The notes under the pieces were generated by a model. It did no database searches, was not told the origin of the DNA, and worked only from the letters and a program-made list of their open reading frames with translations. A stretch of DNA of 32,000 bases from Vibrio alginolyticus NBRC 15630 = ATCC 17749 (GTDB lineage Bacteria; Pseudomonadota; Gammaproteobacteria; Enterobacterales; Vibrionaceae): the NCBI RefSeq assembly GCF_000354175.2, contig NC_022359.1, positions 900,001 through 932,000 on the forward strand, written 5' to 3'. Shown piece by piece: positions 10,170-19,286 of the stretch (within the stretch, counting starts at the first letter, position 1; every line of letters starts with the position of its first letter). A program made the translations under genes and the position numbers.

Positions 10170-11171
10170 ATGAGCAGTTCTAATCAAGATATTTCCATTG
10201 AAAACACGGATTTGTTGACAGAGATTTCCGTCGCGTATTATCAAGACGGTGCGACTCAGGAAGAGATATCGAGAAAATTTGCCATATCACGCGCAAAGGT
10301 CGGGCGAATGCTCAAGCAGGCGCGTGATGAAGGCATTGTTGAAATTACCGTTAAATACCATCCGGTGTTCAGCGCCAAGATTGAACAACGTTTGATCGAG
10401 CGATTCGGCGTTAAGCGCGCGCTTGTTGCTCTTGATCAACCGAATGAAGAAGCGCAACGACTACAGGTATCGGGATTGGTGTCCAATTATCTCACTAGCA
10501 CGCTCAAAAACGGCATGGTGGTGACGGTCGGACAAGGGCGCAACGTGTCGTCTGTCGCTCACCATATTGGTGTTATTACGCCGCGTGACTGTAAATTTGT
10601 GTGTGGCATTGGTGGTATTCACCCGCGTGGCGGTATGTATAACGCCGACCATATTTGTCGTCAGTTGGCGAAGAAATATGGGGGAACCTCTGAAACCCTT
10701 TATGCGCCGGCATACGCAGAAAATAGAGAACAGAAGTTGGCCTTCATGCAAAATGCAACCGTGAAACAAACGCTCGACCTAGCACGTAAAGCCGATGTTG
10801 CTTTGGTTGGTATTGGTGACATGAGCGAAAACAGTTACATGGTCGACTTAGGTTGGTTTACGCCTGATGAAGTGGTTCAGTCGAGACTTCAACAAGGTGT
10901 GGTAGGGGATTTTGCAGGTTATGACTTCTTTGATATTCACGGTAATGTAGCGAACACGGTAATGAGTGACCGAGTAATTGGACTTGGTATTGAAGAGTTT
11001 CGGCCGATCTCGGAAGTCATTGCGATCGCAGCTGAGAACAGCAAGCCACTCGCTCTACTCGGAGCATTAAGAACTGGAGCGATAGACGTGATCGCCACGA
11101 GCGTTAGTAACGCATTAACCGTGCTCAACTTAGATGAGCAAATGCACGGTAACGCGACATCTGAACGCTAA
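10170..11171 (+). CDS. SorC/DeoR(Bsu)/CggR-family sugar-phosphate-binding transcriptional regulator
   Basis: The N-terminal HTH is ATQEEISRKFAISRAKVGRMLKQARDEGIVEI. A roughly 250-aa SorC-type sugar-binding domain follows (VTVGQGRNV..., ALVGIGD). The gene is divergent from talB-tkt. Confidence 0.88.
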   Translation: MSSSNQDISIENTDLLTEISVAYYQDGATQEEISRKFAISRAKVGRMLKQARDEGIVEITVKYHPVFSAKIEQRLIERFGVKRALVALDQPNEEAQRLQVSGLVSNYLTSTLKNGMVVTVGQGRNVSSVAHHIGVITPRDCKFVCGIGGIHPRGGMYNADHICRQLAKKYGGTSETLYAPAYAENREQKLAFMQNATVKQTLDLARKADVALVGIGDMSENSYMVDLGWFTPDEVVQSRLQQGVVGDFAGYDFFDIHGNVANTVMSDRVIGLGIEEFRPISEVIAIAAENSKPLALLGALRTGAIDVIATSVSNALTVLNLDEQMHGNATSER

Positions 11172-11199
11172 CGGAAATAGTCGGCTTTTGATGTAGTCA

Positions 11200-11241
11200 G
11201 GCTATGAGGAGGGACAAATCACTCATAGCCAGTTTCTATTT
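11200..11241 (+). terminator. Terminator of the SorC-family regulator gene
   Basis: 9-bp stem GGCTATGAG / CTCATAGCC with a 13-nt loop and a T-rich tail (AGTTTCTATTT). Confidence 0.6.
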
Positions 11242-11336
11242 CGAAATGACAAGTTTGGTTTAGAAGCTGCGTTTAGTTTATTGGAACACATCATCTTTAG
11301 ATAAACGTAAGATACTTTGTTAAACAGACACTTGTC

Positions 11337-12167
11337 TTAACGCTCGATAGGTAGAGAGTGGTCAGCACCCCATTCGGTCCAAGAACCGTCGTACACCGAC
11401 AGATTGTCTAGACCAATTTGATACGCCGCGAGTAATAAAATGCATGCGGTTACACCGGAACCGCAACTAAAAATAATCGAATTGTCACTATCTATCGTTA
11501 GTGCGCTAAATATCTGTTGCAACTCTGAGTTTGGTTTAATGTGACCGTTGGTCAAGAGTTCTTGAAACGGTAAGCAAACCGAATTTGGAATGTGCCCACT
11601 ACGTAGACCTTCTCGTGGCTCAGGCACTTCACCAAGGAATCGTGCTTTGGCTCTGGCATCGATGATGTTGGCACTTTTATTGGTTGAATGAGCAAGAACA
11701 TCTTGTGCACTCAAAAAGGCATTTTGGTTGAGCTTACCTGCAAAGTTACCTTCTTCGCTTGGTTGCGATAGGGTACTTTCAACAGGGAATCCGGCTTCAA
11801 CCCAAGCGGGAAGGCCGCCGTTTAAGACTCGAACATTATCATGTCCCATAGCTTTGAACATCCACCAAGCTCTTGGCGCGGCTAAAGTGCCAGAGTTGTC
11901 GTAAACCACAATCAAATCTTCGTTGTTCAAACCGAGTTGTTGCGCACTTTGGTTGAAGCCTTCTTCTGTTGGCATCATATGCGGCAGGGAAGAACCGGGT
12001 AAGCAAAAGTCATTGTCGTAATCGAAGCGTAAAGTATTTGGAATCCACTTATCTTGAATCTTTTTGCCTTCAGAAGGGATTTGAAACGCAATACTAGCGT
12101 CGAGGAGCTTGACGTTAGGTTGGCCGAGAAGGCTATTGAGTTCATCAGTACTAATCAGTGCTTGCAT
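11337..12167 (-). CDS. sseA: 3-mercaptopyruvate sulfurtransferase (tandem rhodanese domains)
   Basis: 276 aa with two rhodanese domains. The active-site loop CGSGVTA is the 3-MST-type CG[ST]GVT rather than the thiosulfate-type CRKGVT. Confidence 0.9.
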   Translation of the reverse strand: MQALISTDELNSLLGQPNVKLLDASIAFQIPSEGKKIQDKWIPNTLRFDYDNDFCLPGSSLPHMMPTEEGFNQSAQQLGLNNEDLIVVYDNSGTLAAPRAWWMFKAMGHDNVRVLNGGLPAWVEAGFPVESTLSQPSEEGNFAGKLNQNAFLSAQDVLAHSTNKSANIIDARAKARFLGEVPEPREGLRSGHIPNSVCLPFQELLTNGHIKPNSELQQIFSALTIDSDNSIIFSCGSGVTACILLLAAYQIGLDNLSVYDGSWTEWGADHSLPIER

Positions 12168-12210
12168 TGTCTTTAGTTTGCTAGGTGGATAATCTTACTG
12201 TTTTACAACA

Positions 12211-12246
12211 AAAAAATCGCATGTTCAAAAGAACGATGCGATTTTT
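12211..12246. terminator. Bidirectional terminator downstream of the lipoprotein/LruC operon
   Basis: Stem ATCGCAT / ATGCGAT with an inner GTTC/GAAC extension. It is flanked by A6 upstream and T5 downstream. Confidence 0.8.
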
Positions 12247-12307
12247 AAGCTTGAGATTGAAGATTTATGATGAAAGGTCGCTTTCGCCATGCCTTCAATC
12301 TATCTAG

Positions 12308-12802
12308 TTACATGGTCCAAGTGTTGTCTCCAGAAGTAATCACTTTCTGAATTGGGTCACTGCCGTCATAGAACCAAATTTCAACAAGTAGGCTACCTTG
12401 GCTATCAGAAACATTAAAGTCGACGTTTGCTGTACCGTTGTTGAGTGGAACCGATGCGACTTTGCTTGGATATTTTGCATCGTAGTTACCTGAACTGTTC
12501 TCGACAAACTCTTTGTACACACTTAGGTGTGCACGTTGTGAAGAGAAACCACTGATGTCTACATTGAGCGTACCCTCCGTCACTGAGTTGTAGCTAAAGC
12601 CATCCGGTACTACTAGGTCCTGCATGGTTGCATTTTCTACAGTTACGGTAGTCTCTTCTACGGTTGTTTCTTCCTGTTGGGTTGTGTCTTCCTCTGCAAC
12701 GGTGGTTTGGGTTGGTGAAGGTGGTGTACTGTTACCACCTCCGCCGCCACCGCCACAAGCCGTTAGTGCTAATCCCATGATGATTGTGATAAGTGCTTTC
12801 AT
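12308..12802 (-). CDS. Lipoprotein of unknown function (lipobox, Gly7 tether, Thr/Glu-rich linker, C-terminal beta-rich domain)
   Basis: The N-terminus MKALITIIMGLALTAC carries an LTAC lipobox. GGGGGGG and a T/E/Q-rich linker (EETTVEETTV) follow. The RBS GGGAGA overlaps the stop codon of the upstream gene, with a 12-nt gap, so the two genes form an operon. Confidence 0.8.
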   Translation of the reverse strand: MKALITIIMGLALTACGGGGGGGNSTPPSPTQTTVAEEDTTQQEETTVEETTVTVENATMQDLVVPDGFSYNSVTEGTLNVDISGFSSQRAHLSVYKEFVENSSGNYDAKYPSKVASVPLNNGTANVDFNVSDSQGSLLVEIWFYDGSDPIQKVITSGDNTWTM

Positions 12803-12814
12803 AATGTTATCTCC

Positions 12815-14920
12815 CTATGGAATGTAGCATTTGTTAGGTGTTGGAGCGGTGTGCCAATCTGTGCTTCGTTCGCCACCAGACTCAGCCCAAGTTTGGAATT
12901 GAGGGTATGCATCGACCATGTCTACACGCTCTAGCGGCCAATCCCAATCTTCTACTATCAACAGTGCCCAAGGTAAGTTGTTTGCTGTTTTGAAGTACAC
13001 ACCTTGCGCAGGGGCACTTGCATCGACGCCGACACCGAAGAGGTTTTGGTCATCAAACTGTTCTGTTGGTGCTTGGTCTGCTAAGTGAACTTCCCATTTA
13101 CGGCCTGGTTGGAAGGTAATCCCATCGCCATGGTAAGTCCCCGGCGTTGCGAAGATGAACGGGTCGTATGGCATGGCTTGAATGGCTGAACGGTCAGAGC
13201 CTTCGGTGAAGTACACATTCAAGGTAAAGGTGAGTGAGACGTTATCATCACAGCCAGACTCGGTACGGAAGTAGCTACAGCTGCTAGCCGCGTGTGTGCT
13301 TAAGTCTTCACTGATGATGAAAATGGCTTCATCAGAAATACTTTCCAAACCATTAGATGCTTGTTCTACACCATTGAAGGATAGCGTTGTTAATCCGTTT
13401 TCAATCGAGCTTCTCAATACACCCGGTAGTCGGATTGCGAAGCCATTTTTGTAACTTGCGCCGTAGGCCGCTAGGTCACCTGTAATCTGGATATTCTCAA
13501 CATGACCAGCAAGACTGGTTTCAGTGATGCGGAATTTCACGACCACATCGTTCATGTCGTAGTCTGCGGTGTATGGCCAATTATCTTCATAAGCCACGGT
13601 GGCGTAATCTTCTGCACTCGGGAAATATTCCACTGAGTAGCCATTACCAGTGATGGTAATTGGGTAATCTTCCACCTCACCAGATGTCGAACCACCATCG
13701 TAGTTTAATCCGGTTTGTTGGCTAAAGCGGAATCGACTCCAGCTTGAACCTTCCGTTGCAGCGGTTGAAACGACAAACGGTAGGGGATTATTACCCGCAG
13801 ACAGTAATTGGTCAGTAAAGACCTGTTCGCCTTCATCATCAAAGTCACCATCGCGGTTCCAGTCAAACCATGCTGATAGGTAGCCAGAAGTAGAAGCTGT
13901 CACATTCACAATTGAGCTTAAGCCAGGATCAAGTGCGGATACAAAACCAACACCATCTTCATCGGCTGTGCCCACAGAGTTATCGTTTGCCTGTCCGTCG
14001 GCATCACCATCTGGAGCGACGGAACCAAGCCAAGTTACACCGTCCACTTCGTGACGAGGACCGTTTGACGCAAGTGTTGTGTGGTAGCTGTCTGGAGCAT
14101 CACCAAAATCAATTGGCTCGTCTTCGTTAATCACCGGAGCATTTGCACAACGTGCACCGTCATTTTGGCTTGAGCTTGGACCGTTGGATACAAACTCAAC
14201 CGCAGGAACGATACCTGCTGCGATATTGGCTGCGTTACCTTCCGAAAGGTCAACGCGATAGATTTTGCCATCTTGGTTACGTGACACATAGTAGTTGCCG
14301 TTTACATCGAAGTAGCCAGCACCAAATGTGCCTTTCTCACCTGTGTCACCTATCGCAGTTGCGCTACCATTTGATGGGTTGAACTGATATAGCACACCAG
14401 AGTTGTTGTCGATGCCGTAAAGGGAGCCATCACCTGGATGGAATGCAAAGTCGGTTAGGTTCACTGTCGCTGTTGAGCTGATTTTCACGATGCTCAATGT
14501 CGCATTTGGATCAGAATCGAGCGGAGAAAGGTCAATGGAGAAAAGTCCTTTGCCTTTGCGGTACAAGTAGTAGACGTGGTTGTAAACGTCACCTACGTAA
14601 AACGTGTGGTCGGTAGGAAGGCCCGAAACATCAAGCGTCTCTGCTTGGAAGTCTTTACCAAGACGAACAATCTTTTTGTTTGTGGTGTCGTAGCCGTAGA
14701 TATAACGGTCAGTGAAGTTAAAGCCTACACCGTTGATGCCCGAAGCCAAACCTGTGTCGTCCTCTAAAAGAGTCGTAGAGCCTGTAACCAAATTGACGCC
14801 ATAGATTTGAACCGGGGTTGATTGGAACAGGTATGCTTGGCTTGGGCACGTATCAAATGGCGCCGCTTGTGCGTAAGCGCTCGCTATTAGAGACCCAAGT
14901 AGTAGTGATGTCCTTTTCAT
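12815..14920 (-). CDS. Secreted multidomain protein: N-terminal propeller-like repeats, central GEVED domain, C-terminal LruC (DUF4842-type) domain
   Basis: The signal peptide is MKRTSLLLGSLIASAYAQA, starting at 14920 with GAGAGGG upstream; the ORF-track start at 14971 adds 17 residues. The N-terminal half has repeated blades of the form hYGhD/N..sG.hh.h (QIYGVNLVTGS, YIYGYDTTNKKIVRLG, SLYGIDNNSGVLYQF, KIYRVDL). The centre has DFGDAPDSYHT...DEDGV...WFDWNRDGDFDD...SGEVEDYPITI. The C-terminus has VAYEDNWPYTADYDMNDVVVKF, typical of LruC-domain proteins. Confidence 0.8.
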   Translation of the reverse strand: MKRTSLLLGSLIASAYAQAAPFDTCPSQAYLFQSTPVQIYGVNLVTGSTTLLEDDTGLASGINGVGFNFTDRYIYGYDTTNKKIVRLGKDFQAETLDVSGLPTDHTFYVGDVYNHVYYLYRKGKGLFSIDLSPLDSDPNATLSIVKISSTATVNLTDFAFHPGDGSLYGIDNNSGVLYQFNPSNGSATAIGDTGEKGTFGAGYFDVNGNYYVSRNQDGKIYRVDLSEGNAANIAAGIVPAVEFVSNGPSSSQNDGARCANAPVINEDEPIDFGDAPDSYHTTLASNGPRHEVDGVTWLGSVAPDGDADGQANDNSVGTADEDGVGFVSALDPGLSSIVNVTASTSGYLSAWFDWNRDGDFDDEGEQVFTDQLLSAGNNPLPFVVSTAATEGSSWSRFRFSQQTGLNYDGGSTSGEVEDYPITITGNGYSVEYFPSAEDYATVAYEDNWPYTADYDMNDVVVKFRITETSLAGHVENIQITGDLAAYGASYKNGFAIRLPGVLRSSIENGLTTLSFNGVEQASNGLESISDEAIFIISEDLSTHAASSCSYFRTESGCDDNVSLTFTLNVYFTEGSDRSAIQAMPYDPFIFATPGTYHGDGITFQPGRKWEVHLADQAPTEQFDDQNLFGVGVDASAPAQGVYFKTANNLPWALLIVEDWDWPLERVDMVDAYPQFQTWAESGGERSTDWHTAPTPNKCYIP

Positions 14921-15044
14921 AATTCGCCCTCTCATTGGTTCGTGATATATGCAATGAAAGGAATGTGCCAAGTTTTAAGTTGTTGAATTTTATTGATTTA
15001 ATATTTGTAAGAAGAAGGGTTGTAAATCTGATTGTCAAAATGAG

Positions 15045-15073
15045 AAAAAGCCCAACATTGAGTTGGGCTTTTT
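15045..15073. terminator. Bidirectional terminator after moeB
   Basis: Stem GCCCAAC / GTTGGGC with a 5-nt loop, flanked by A5 and T5. It lies 23 nt beyond the moeB stop. Confidence 0.85.
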
Positions 15074-15095
15074 GGGAATGATTAGAGGTTTAGAA

Positions 15096-15845
15096 CTAAC
15101 TACAAACCGGACAGGTGGGCATTTTCATCAGATTCATTTCTCGCCAAGACATGCTGAGCGCATCAAGAATCAAAATTTTGCCTTTCTTTGGTTGGCCGTA
15201 ATCAGCAATCACTTTGATCGCTTCCATCGCTTGTACTGCGCCAACAATACCCACAACAGGCGCCATGACTCCGGCTTCGACACAGCTTAACGCGCCATTG
15301 CCAAAAAGGGCACTCAAGCACTGGTAACATGGTTGTGTTGGGTCGTCGTAAGTAAACACACTCACTTGGCCTTCCATACGAATGGCCGCGCCTGAAATTA
15401 GCGGTGTTTTAGTCGCAAAACATAGGCGGTTAAGTTGATTGCGCGTATCGACGTTATCTGATGCATCAACAACAATTGTGTGCTGTTCGATCAAGCTTTT
15501 TAGTTCTGTATCATCAAGACGCTTTGCGATGGTATCTACAATAATGTGCGGATTAAGTTCGCGTAGTGCATCTGCCGCTGATTCTACCTTCTTACGACCA
15601 ATATCTGCATCGTGGTGCAGCACTTGGCGCTGAAGGTTAGACAATTCGACGATATCATCATCAATCAGTGTGATTTTACCGACACCAGCAGTGGCCAAAT
15701 ATTGGCTTGATGCGCAGCCTAAACCGCCAGCACCAAGCATCAATACCGATGCTTGTTTGAGTGCTTCTTGTCCTTCAAAGTCAAACTGACGAAGAATGAT
15801 TTGGCGGTTGTAACGCAGCATTTCCTGATCGGAAAGAATATCCAC
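15096..15845 (-). CDS. moeB: Molybdopterin-synthase adenylyltransferase MoeB
   Basis: 249 aa. The ThiF/MoeB nucleotide-binding motif is GAGGLGC. Two CxxC zinc motifs are present (CYQC, CPVC). The gene starts 9 nt downstream of moeA. Confidence 0.95.
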   Translation of the reverse strand: MDILSDQEMLRYNRQIILRQFDFEGQEALKQASVLMLGAGGLGCASSQYLATAGVGKITLIDDDIVELSNLQRQVLHHDADIGRKKVESAADALRELNPHIIVDTIAKRLDDTELKSLIEQHTIVVDASDNVDTRNQLNRLCFATKTPLISGAAIRMEGQVSVFTYDDPTQPCYQCLSALFGNGALSCVEAGVMAPVVGIVGAVQAMEAIKVIADYGQPKKGKILILDALSMSWREMNLMKMPTCPVCS

Positions 15846-15854
15846 AACGACTTC

Positions 15855-17090
15855 CTAGTAAAGGGTTGAGTTGAATAGTTGAATCTGAACCGTTTCGCCC
15901 ACTTCAACTCGGCCGCGTTCGCGTTCCAATACAACAAAGCAGTTCGCTAGGCTCATTGAGCGGAACGCGCCAGAGCTCTGGTTGCCGGTTGTTTCAACCA
16001 CAAACTTACCATCTTCCAATGTGTAGATACCACGTTGATAATCGGTACGACCTGGCGCTTTCTTAAATGCGGTTTTGGTTGTTGCTGGAATAGACTCGGG
16101 TGCTTTCCATTCGGTATGACCTGCAAGTTTTGCCAGCATTGGTTGAACAAGCACGTACATAGTAAGAACTGCAGAAACCGGGTTACCTGGCAGACCACAG
16201 AACCAAGCAGTGCTTAGCTTGCCAAATGCGAAAGGTTTACCCGGCTTGATTGCTAGCTTCCAGAAGCCAATTTCACCAAGTTCTTCAAGAATGTCTTTGG
16301 TGTAATCTGCTTCGCCTACACTGACACCGCCTGAGGTCACGACCACATCTGCCAATGTTTGCGCTTGCTCAAAGGTCGCTTTTAGAGTCTCTGGGCAATC
16401 TGGAATGATACCAAGATCAACGGCTTCACAACCGAAGTTCTCGATAAGCGGTTTAATACCGTAACGGTTGCTGTCGTAGATCTGACCTTCGTCTAACGGT
16501 TCGCCTAGTGGTTTAAGTTCATCACCAGTAGAGAAGAACGCAACTTTGGGTTTACGCACTACTGTCACATGGCTTATACCAAGAGACGCAATCATCGGAA
16601 TATCGCGAGGTGTTAAACGTGCGCCTTTTGCCAGTACGATGTCACCTTGCTTGATGTCGTCACCTGTTGGGCGGATGTTGTTTTGCGGCTTCACGTCGGT
16701 TTGGTTGAACTGAATGCCAGCATCCGTTACTTCTGTGTTTTCTTGCATGATAACGGCATCACAACCCTGTGGGATTTTTGCGCCAGTCATGATGCGAACA
16801 CAGGTACCTTGAGGCCATTCACCTTCAAAAGGTTGTCCTGCAAATGATTTACCTGCCAGAGGCAAAACAGAAGATGACTCAAGATCTTGAATGCGAATAG
16901 CGTAGCCATCCATTGCTGAGTTATCGAATGGCGGTACGTGAATAGGAGAAAGGATGTCTTCTGCCAGTACAAAACCGAGTGCTTCAGCAAGTGGAAGAGA
17001 AAGCGTTGTTTGGATAGGTTTGATTCGCGATAGCATTTTGTCCATCGCTTCTTCAATTGGCATCAAGCCAGGTGCGTCGCAGCAGCCCAT
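15855..17090 (-). CDS. moeA: Molybdopterin molybdotransferase MoeA
   Basis: 411 aa and colinear with E. coli MoeA ([66 protein letters not shown]). Confidence 0.96.
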   Translation of the reverse strand: MGCCDAPGLMPIEEAMDKMLSRIKPIQTTLSLPLAEALGFVLAEDILSPIHVPPFDNSAMDGYAIRIQDLESSSVLPLAGKSFAGQPFEGEWPQGTCVRIMTGAKIPQGCDAVIMQENTEVTDAGIQFNQTDVKPQNNIRPTGDDIKQGDIVLAKGARLTPRDIPMIASLGISHVTVVRKPKVAFFSTGDELKPLGEPLDEGQIYDSNRYGIKPLIENFGCEAVDLGIIPDCPETLKATFEQAQTLADVVVTSGGVSVGEADYTKDILEELGEIGFWKLAIKPGKPFAFGKLSTAWFCGLPGNPVSAVLTMYVLVQPMLAKLAGHTEWKAPESIPATTKTAFKKAPGRTDYQRGIYTLEDGKFVVETTGNQSSGAFRSMSLANCFVVLERERGRVEVGETVQIQLFNSTLY

Positions 17091-17378
17091 TGAGAAAATC
17101 CTGTGTTCTTTTGTTTTGTGGCAACTTTACCATAAAAAGGGGACTGAGTAAGAATGTCCACCTATAAAATATGGGTGTAATTATTCAAAAATCCGAGTAT
17201 CCTTGTCAGCCATCCGAAAGGGGTAAAAAAGCCCGCGGAGCTCAATAAAATCAGCTCAGTACCTATATTTGATGTGACTTGGTGTAAAGACACGAAACTG
17301 AGCAACTCAAAGCGAAAAATATGAATGCAATTTTGATTGGGTTTGTATTAAAGCGGAAGTAACAAAAGAGGAAGTGGA

Positions 17379-18032
17379 ATGTCAGGTCTTAGCGAGTCAG
17401 CGAAGTTAGTAAAAGAAGCGCTAGAGCAACGCGGTTTGGAAACGCCAATGCGTCCAAACAACGTAAGTCGTGAAGAGAAGAAAGAGAAGATCGAACACCA
17501 CATGCGTGAGATCTTAGGTCTACTTCAACTTGACCTTACCGACGATAGCCTAGAAGAAACCCCTCACCGCATTGCTAAGATGTACGTTGACGAAATCTTC
17601 TCTGGTCTGGATTACTCCAACTTTCCTAAAATCACAGTGATTGAGAACAAGATGAACGTGAGCGAGATGGTTCGCGTGAAGGACATCACCGTGACCAGCA
17701 CTTGTGAACACCACCTTGTGACCATCGATGGCAAAGCTGCTGTGGCTTACATTCCACGTGGCAAGATCATTGGCCTATCAAAGATCAACCGTATCGTTCG
17801 CTTCTTTGCCCAGCGTCCACAAGTTCAAGAGCGTATGACTCAGCAGATTCTTGTTGCACTTCAAACGTTGCTTGAGTCTGATGATGTAGCAGTGACAATT
17901 GACGCAACACACTACTGTGTGAAATCTCGCGGTGTGATGGATGCAACCAGCGAAACGACGACGACAGCGTTGGGTGGTATCTTCAAAAGCAACCCAGCAA
18001 CACGTGCCGAATTTCTGCACGGTTTACGTTAA
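17379..18032 (+). CDS. folE: GTP cyclohydrolase I (FolE, type 1)
   Basis: 217 aa. The zinc/active-site motif is STCEHHL. QVQERMT is also present. The RBS is GAGGAAG. Confidence 0.96.
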   Translation: MSGLSESAKLVKEALEQRGLETPMRPNNVSREEKKEKIEHHMREILGLLQLDLTDDSLEETPHRIAKMYVDEIFSGLDYSNFPKITVIENKMNVSEMVRVKDITVTSTCEHHLVTIDGKAAVAYIPRGKIIGLSKINRIVRFFAQRPQVQERMTQQILVALQTLLESDDVAVTIDATHYCVKSRGVMDATSETTTTALGGIFKSNPATRAEFLHGLR

Positions 18033-18053
18033 GTAACAAAGCACTATGCTAAG

Positions 18054-18079
18054 AGGATGGCAAACGCCATCCTTTTTTT
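18054..18079. terminator. Terminator of folE, overlapping the stop codon of the convergent TehA-like gene
   Basis: Stem AGGATGGC / GCCATCCT with loop AAAC, followed by T7. Confidence 0.88.
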
Positions 18080-19043
18080 ATACTTGTTTAGAAAATGACT
18101 TCATGATTTCTGGCCAATACATTTTGACGTAACCTGCCGATACCCAAACAACCAATACAGTCGCGATACTGAGCTCTAGAAAACCAAAGTCGTGTAGCCA
18201 GTGCCAGTGAGGGTGCGATTCGGCAAAAAAAGAGGTTAAGCGATGCATTGCGATAGCGCTGATCACGGAAGGAAAGGTTACTGCCGCGATAGAAGGTTGA
18301 AACTTCAAGCGAAGTAAGCGGAAGTAACATAAGTAGATCAATAAAGTCATAGTGATGGCGATCCCGGCCAATGCGCCTGTCAGTATCGGATCAGGTAAGG
18401 GAAAGTTCACCAAGTATGCTGCTAATGACAAGTTTACCGGCGCGGCCATAATCGCGAGGGTCGGTCTTGCTCGCCTTGGTAGAGAGCCGAAAAACACCAA
18501 ACGATACAACACGAGTGGCAGCATGAAGAAATAAATGCCGATGCACATCATCGCTAATGTTTCGGAGAATAAGTTGTGACCTAGTTGAGAACCGGCTAGT
18601 GAACTACTGATTAGCCCCACCGGATAAAGAAACCAACTCGGTACGATATTGGACATTTTGAAGTTCATTAGCTGAAAGCTAAAAAACAGCACCATCATAG
18701 TAAAATGCAGCAAAAGCGCCATAAACCAAAGTGGATAAGCGATGATAGGCGCTACAGCGGCAAGATAATCTGCAAGGATCAGTAACGCCATACTCATTGG
18801 TGCCATTAAACTACCACTCAGCGGGTGACGAATGTCGACCATGAATAATCGTGGATTAGCGGCATATTTTATGAGTACAGGGGCGAGTAAAAGTGCGCCG
18901 AGTGACGCCAAAAATGGGCGTATCGGTTCACCAATCTCAGGAACATAGAGTGCCCAAGCTTGCCCTAAACCTATCATACCTAGTGCCAACGCGGCTTGAG
19001 ACGGCGGGACACTATAAAACTGCACAAGTCTTCTCCAGTTCAA
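18078..19043 (-). CDS. TDT/SLAC1-family anion channel or transporter (TehA-like)
   Basis: 321 aa with about 10 TM helices. The N-terminal motif PPSQAALALGMIGLGQAW resembles E. coli TehA (PAGYFGIVLGTIGMGFAW). Confidence 0.8.
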   Translation of the reverse strand: MNWRRLVQFYSVPPSQAALALGMIGLGQAWALYVPEIGEPIRPFLASLGALLLAPVLIKYAANPRLFMVDIRHPLSGSLMAPMSMALLILADYLAAVAPIIAYPLWFMALLLHFTMMVLFFSFQLMNFKMSNIVPSWFLYPVGLISSSLAGSQLGHNLFSETLAMMCIGIYFFMLPLVLYRLVFFGSLPRRARPTLAIMAAPVNLSLAAYLVNFPLPDPILTGALAGIAITMTLLIYLCYFRLLRLKFQPSIAAVTFPSVISAIAMHRLTSFFAESHPHWHWLHDFGFLELSIATVLVVWVSAGYVKMYWPEIMKSFSKQV

Positions 19044-19286
19044 ATCTACTCCATTTGATTTTTGCCTGAATGAAACGAAACATGACGATTTGGATGAAAT
19101 GCTCTATTTAAGTAGCAAATACTAACAAGTATGGAGAGGGGTTTCTCATGAAAGGTGGTGAGCAAATATCAGAGAATGATAATTTTGTGAGTTTGGTATC
19201 GAATATTTGGGAAAAGATGTAAAAATGCAGAGTTTATCGCTCCAAACCCTTTGATAGTCTGGAGCGAAGTGATAACAAAGAGAATG

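Noticed and set aside
12730-12760. Gly7 run in the lipoprotein as a slippage-prone phase-variation tract
   Set aside because: The codons are mixed (GGC GGT GGC GGC GGA GGT GGT), not a homopolymer or a perfect short tandem repeat, so slipped-strand switching is unlikely.
17190-17245. Words reminiscent of the Moco riboswitch (CCGAG ... CCGAAAGGGG ... GCCCGCGGAGC) in the moeA-folE divergent region
   Set aside because: They are on the plus strand, facing folE rather than moeA. I could not build the multi-stem Moco fold by eye, and I cannot recall the consensus precisely enough. An Infernal scan with RF01055 would settle it, and a significant plus-strand hit would be surprising.
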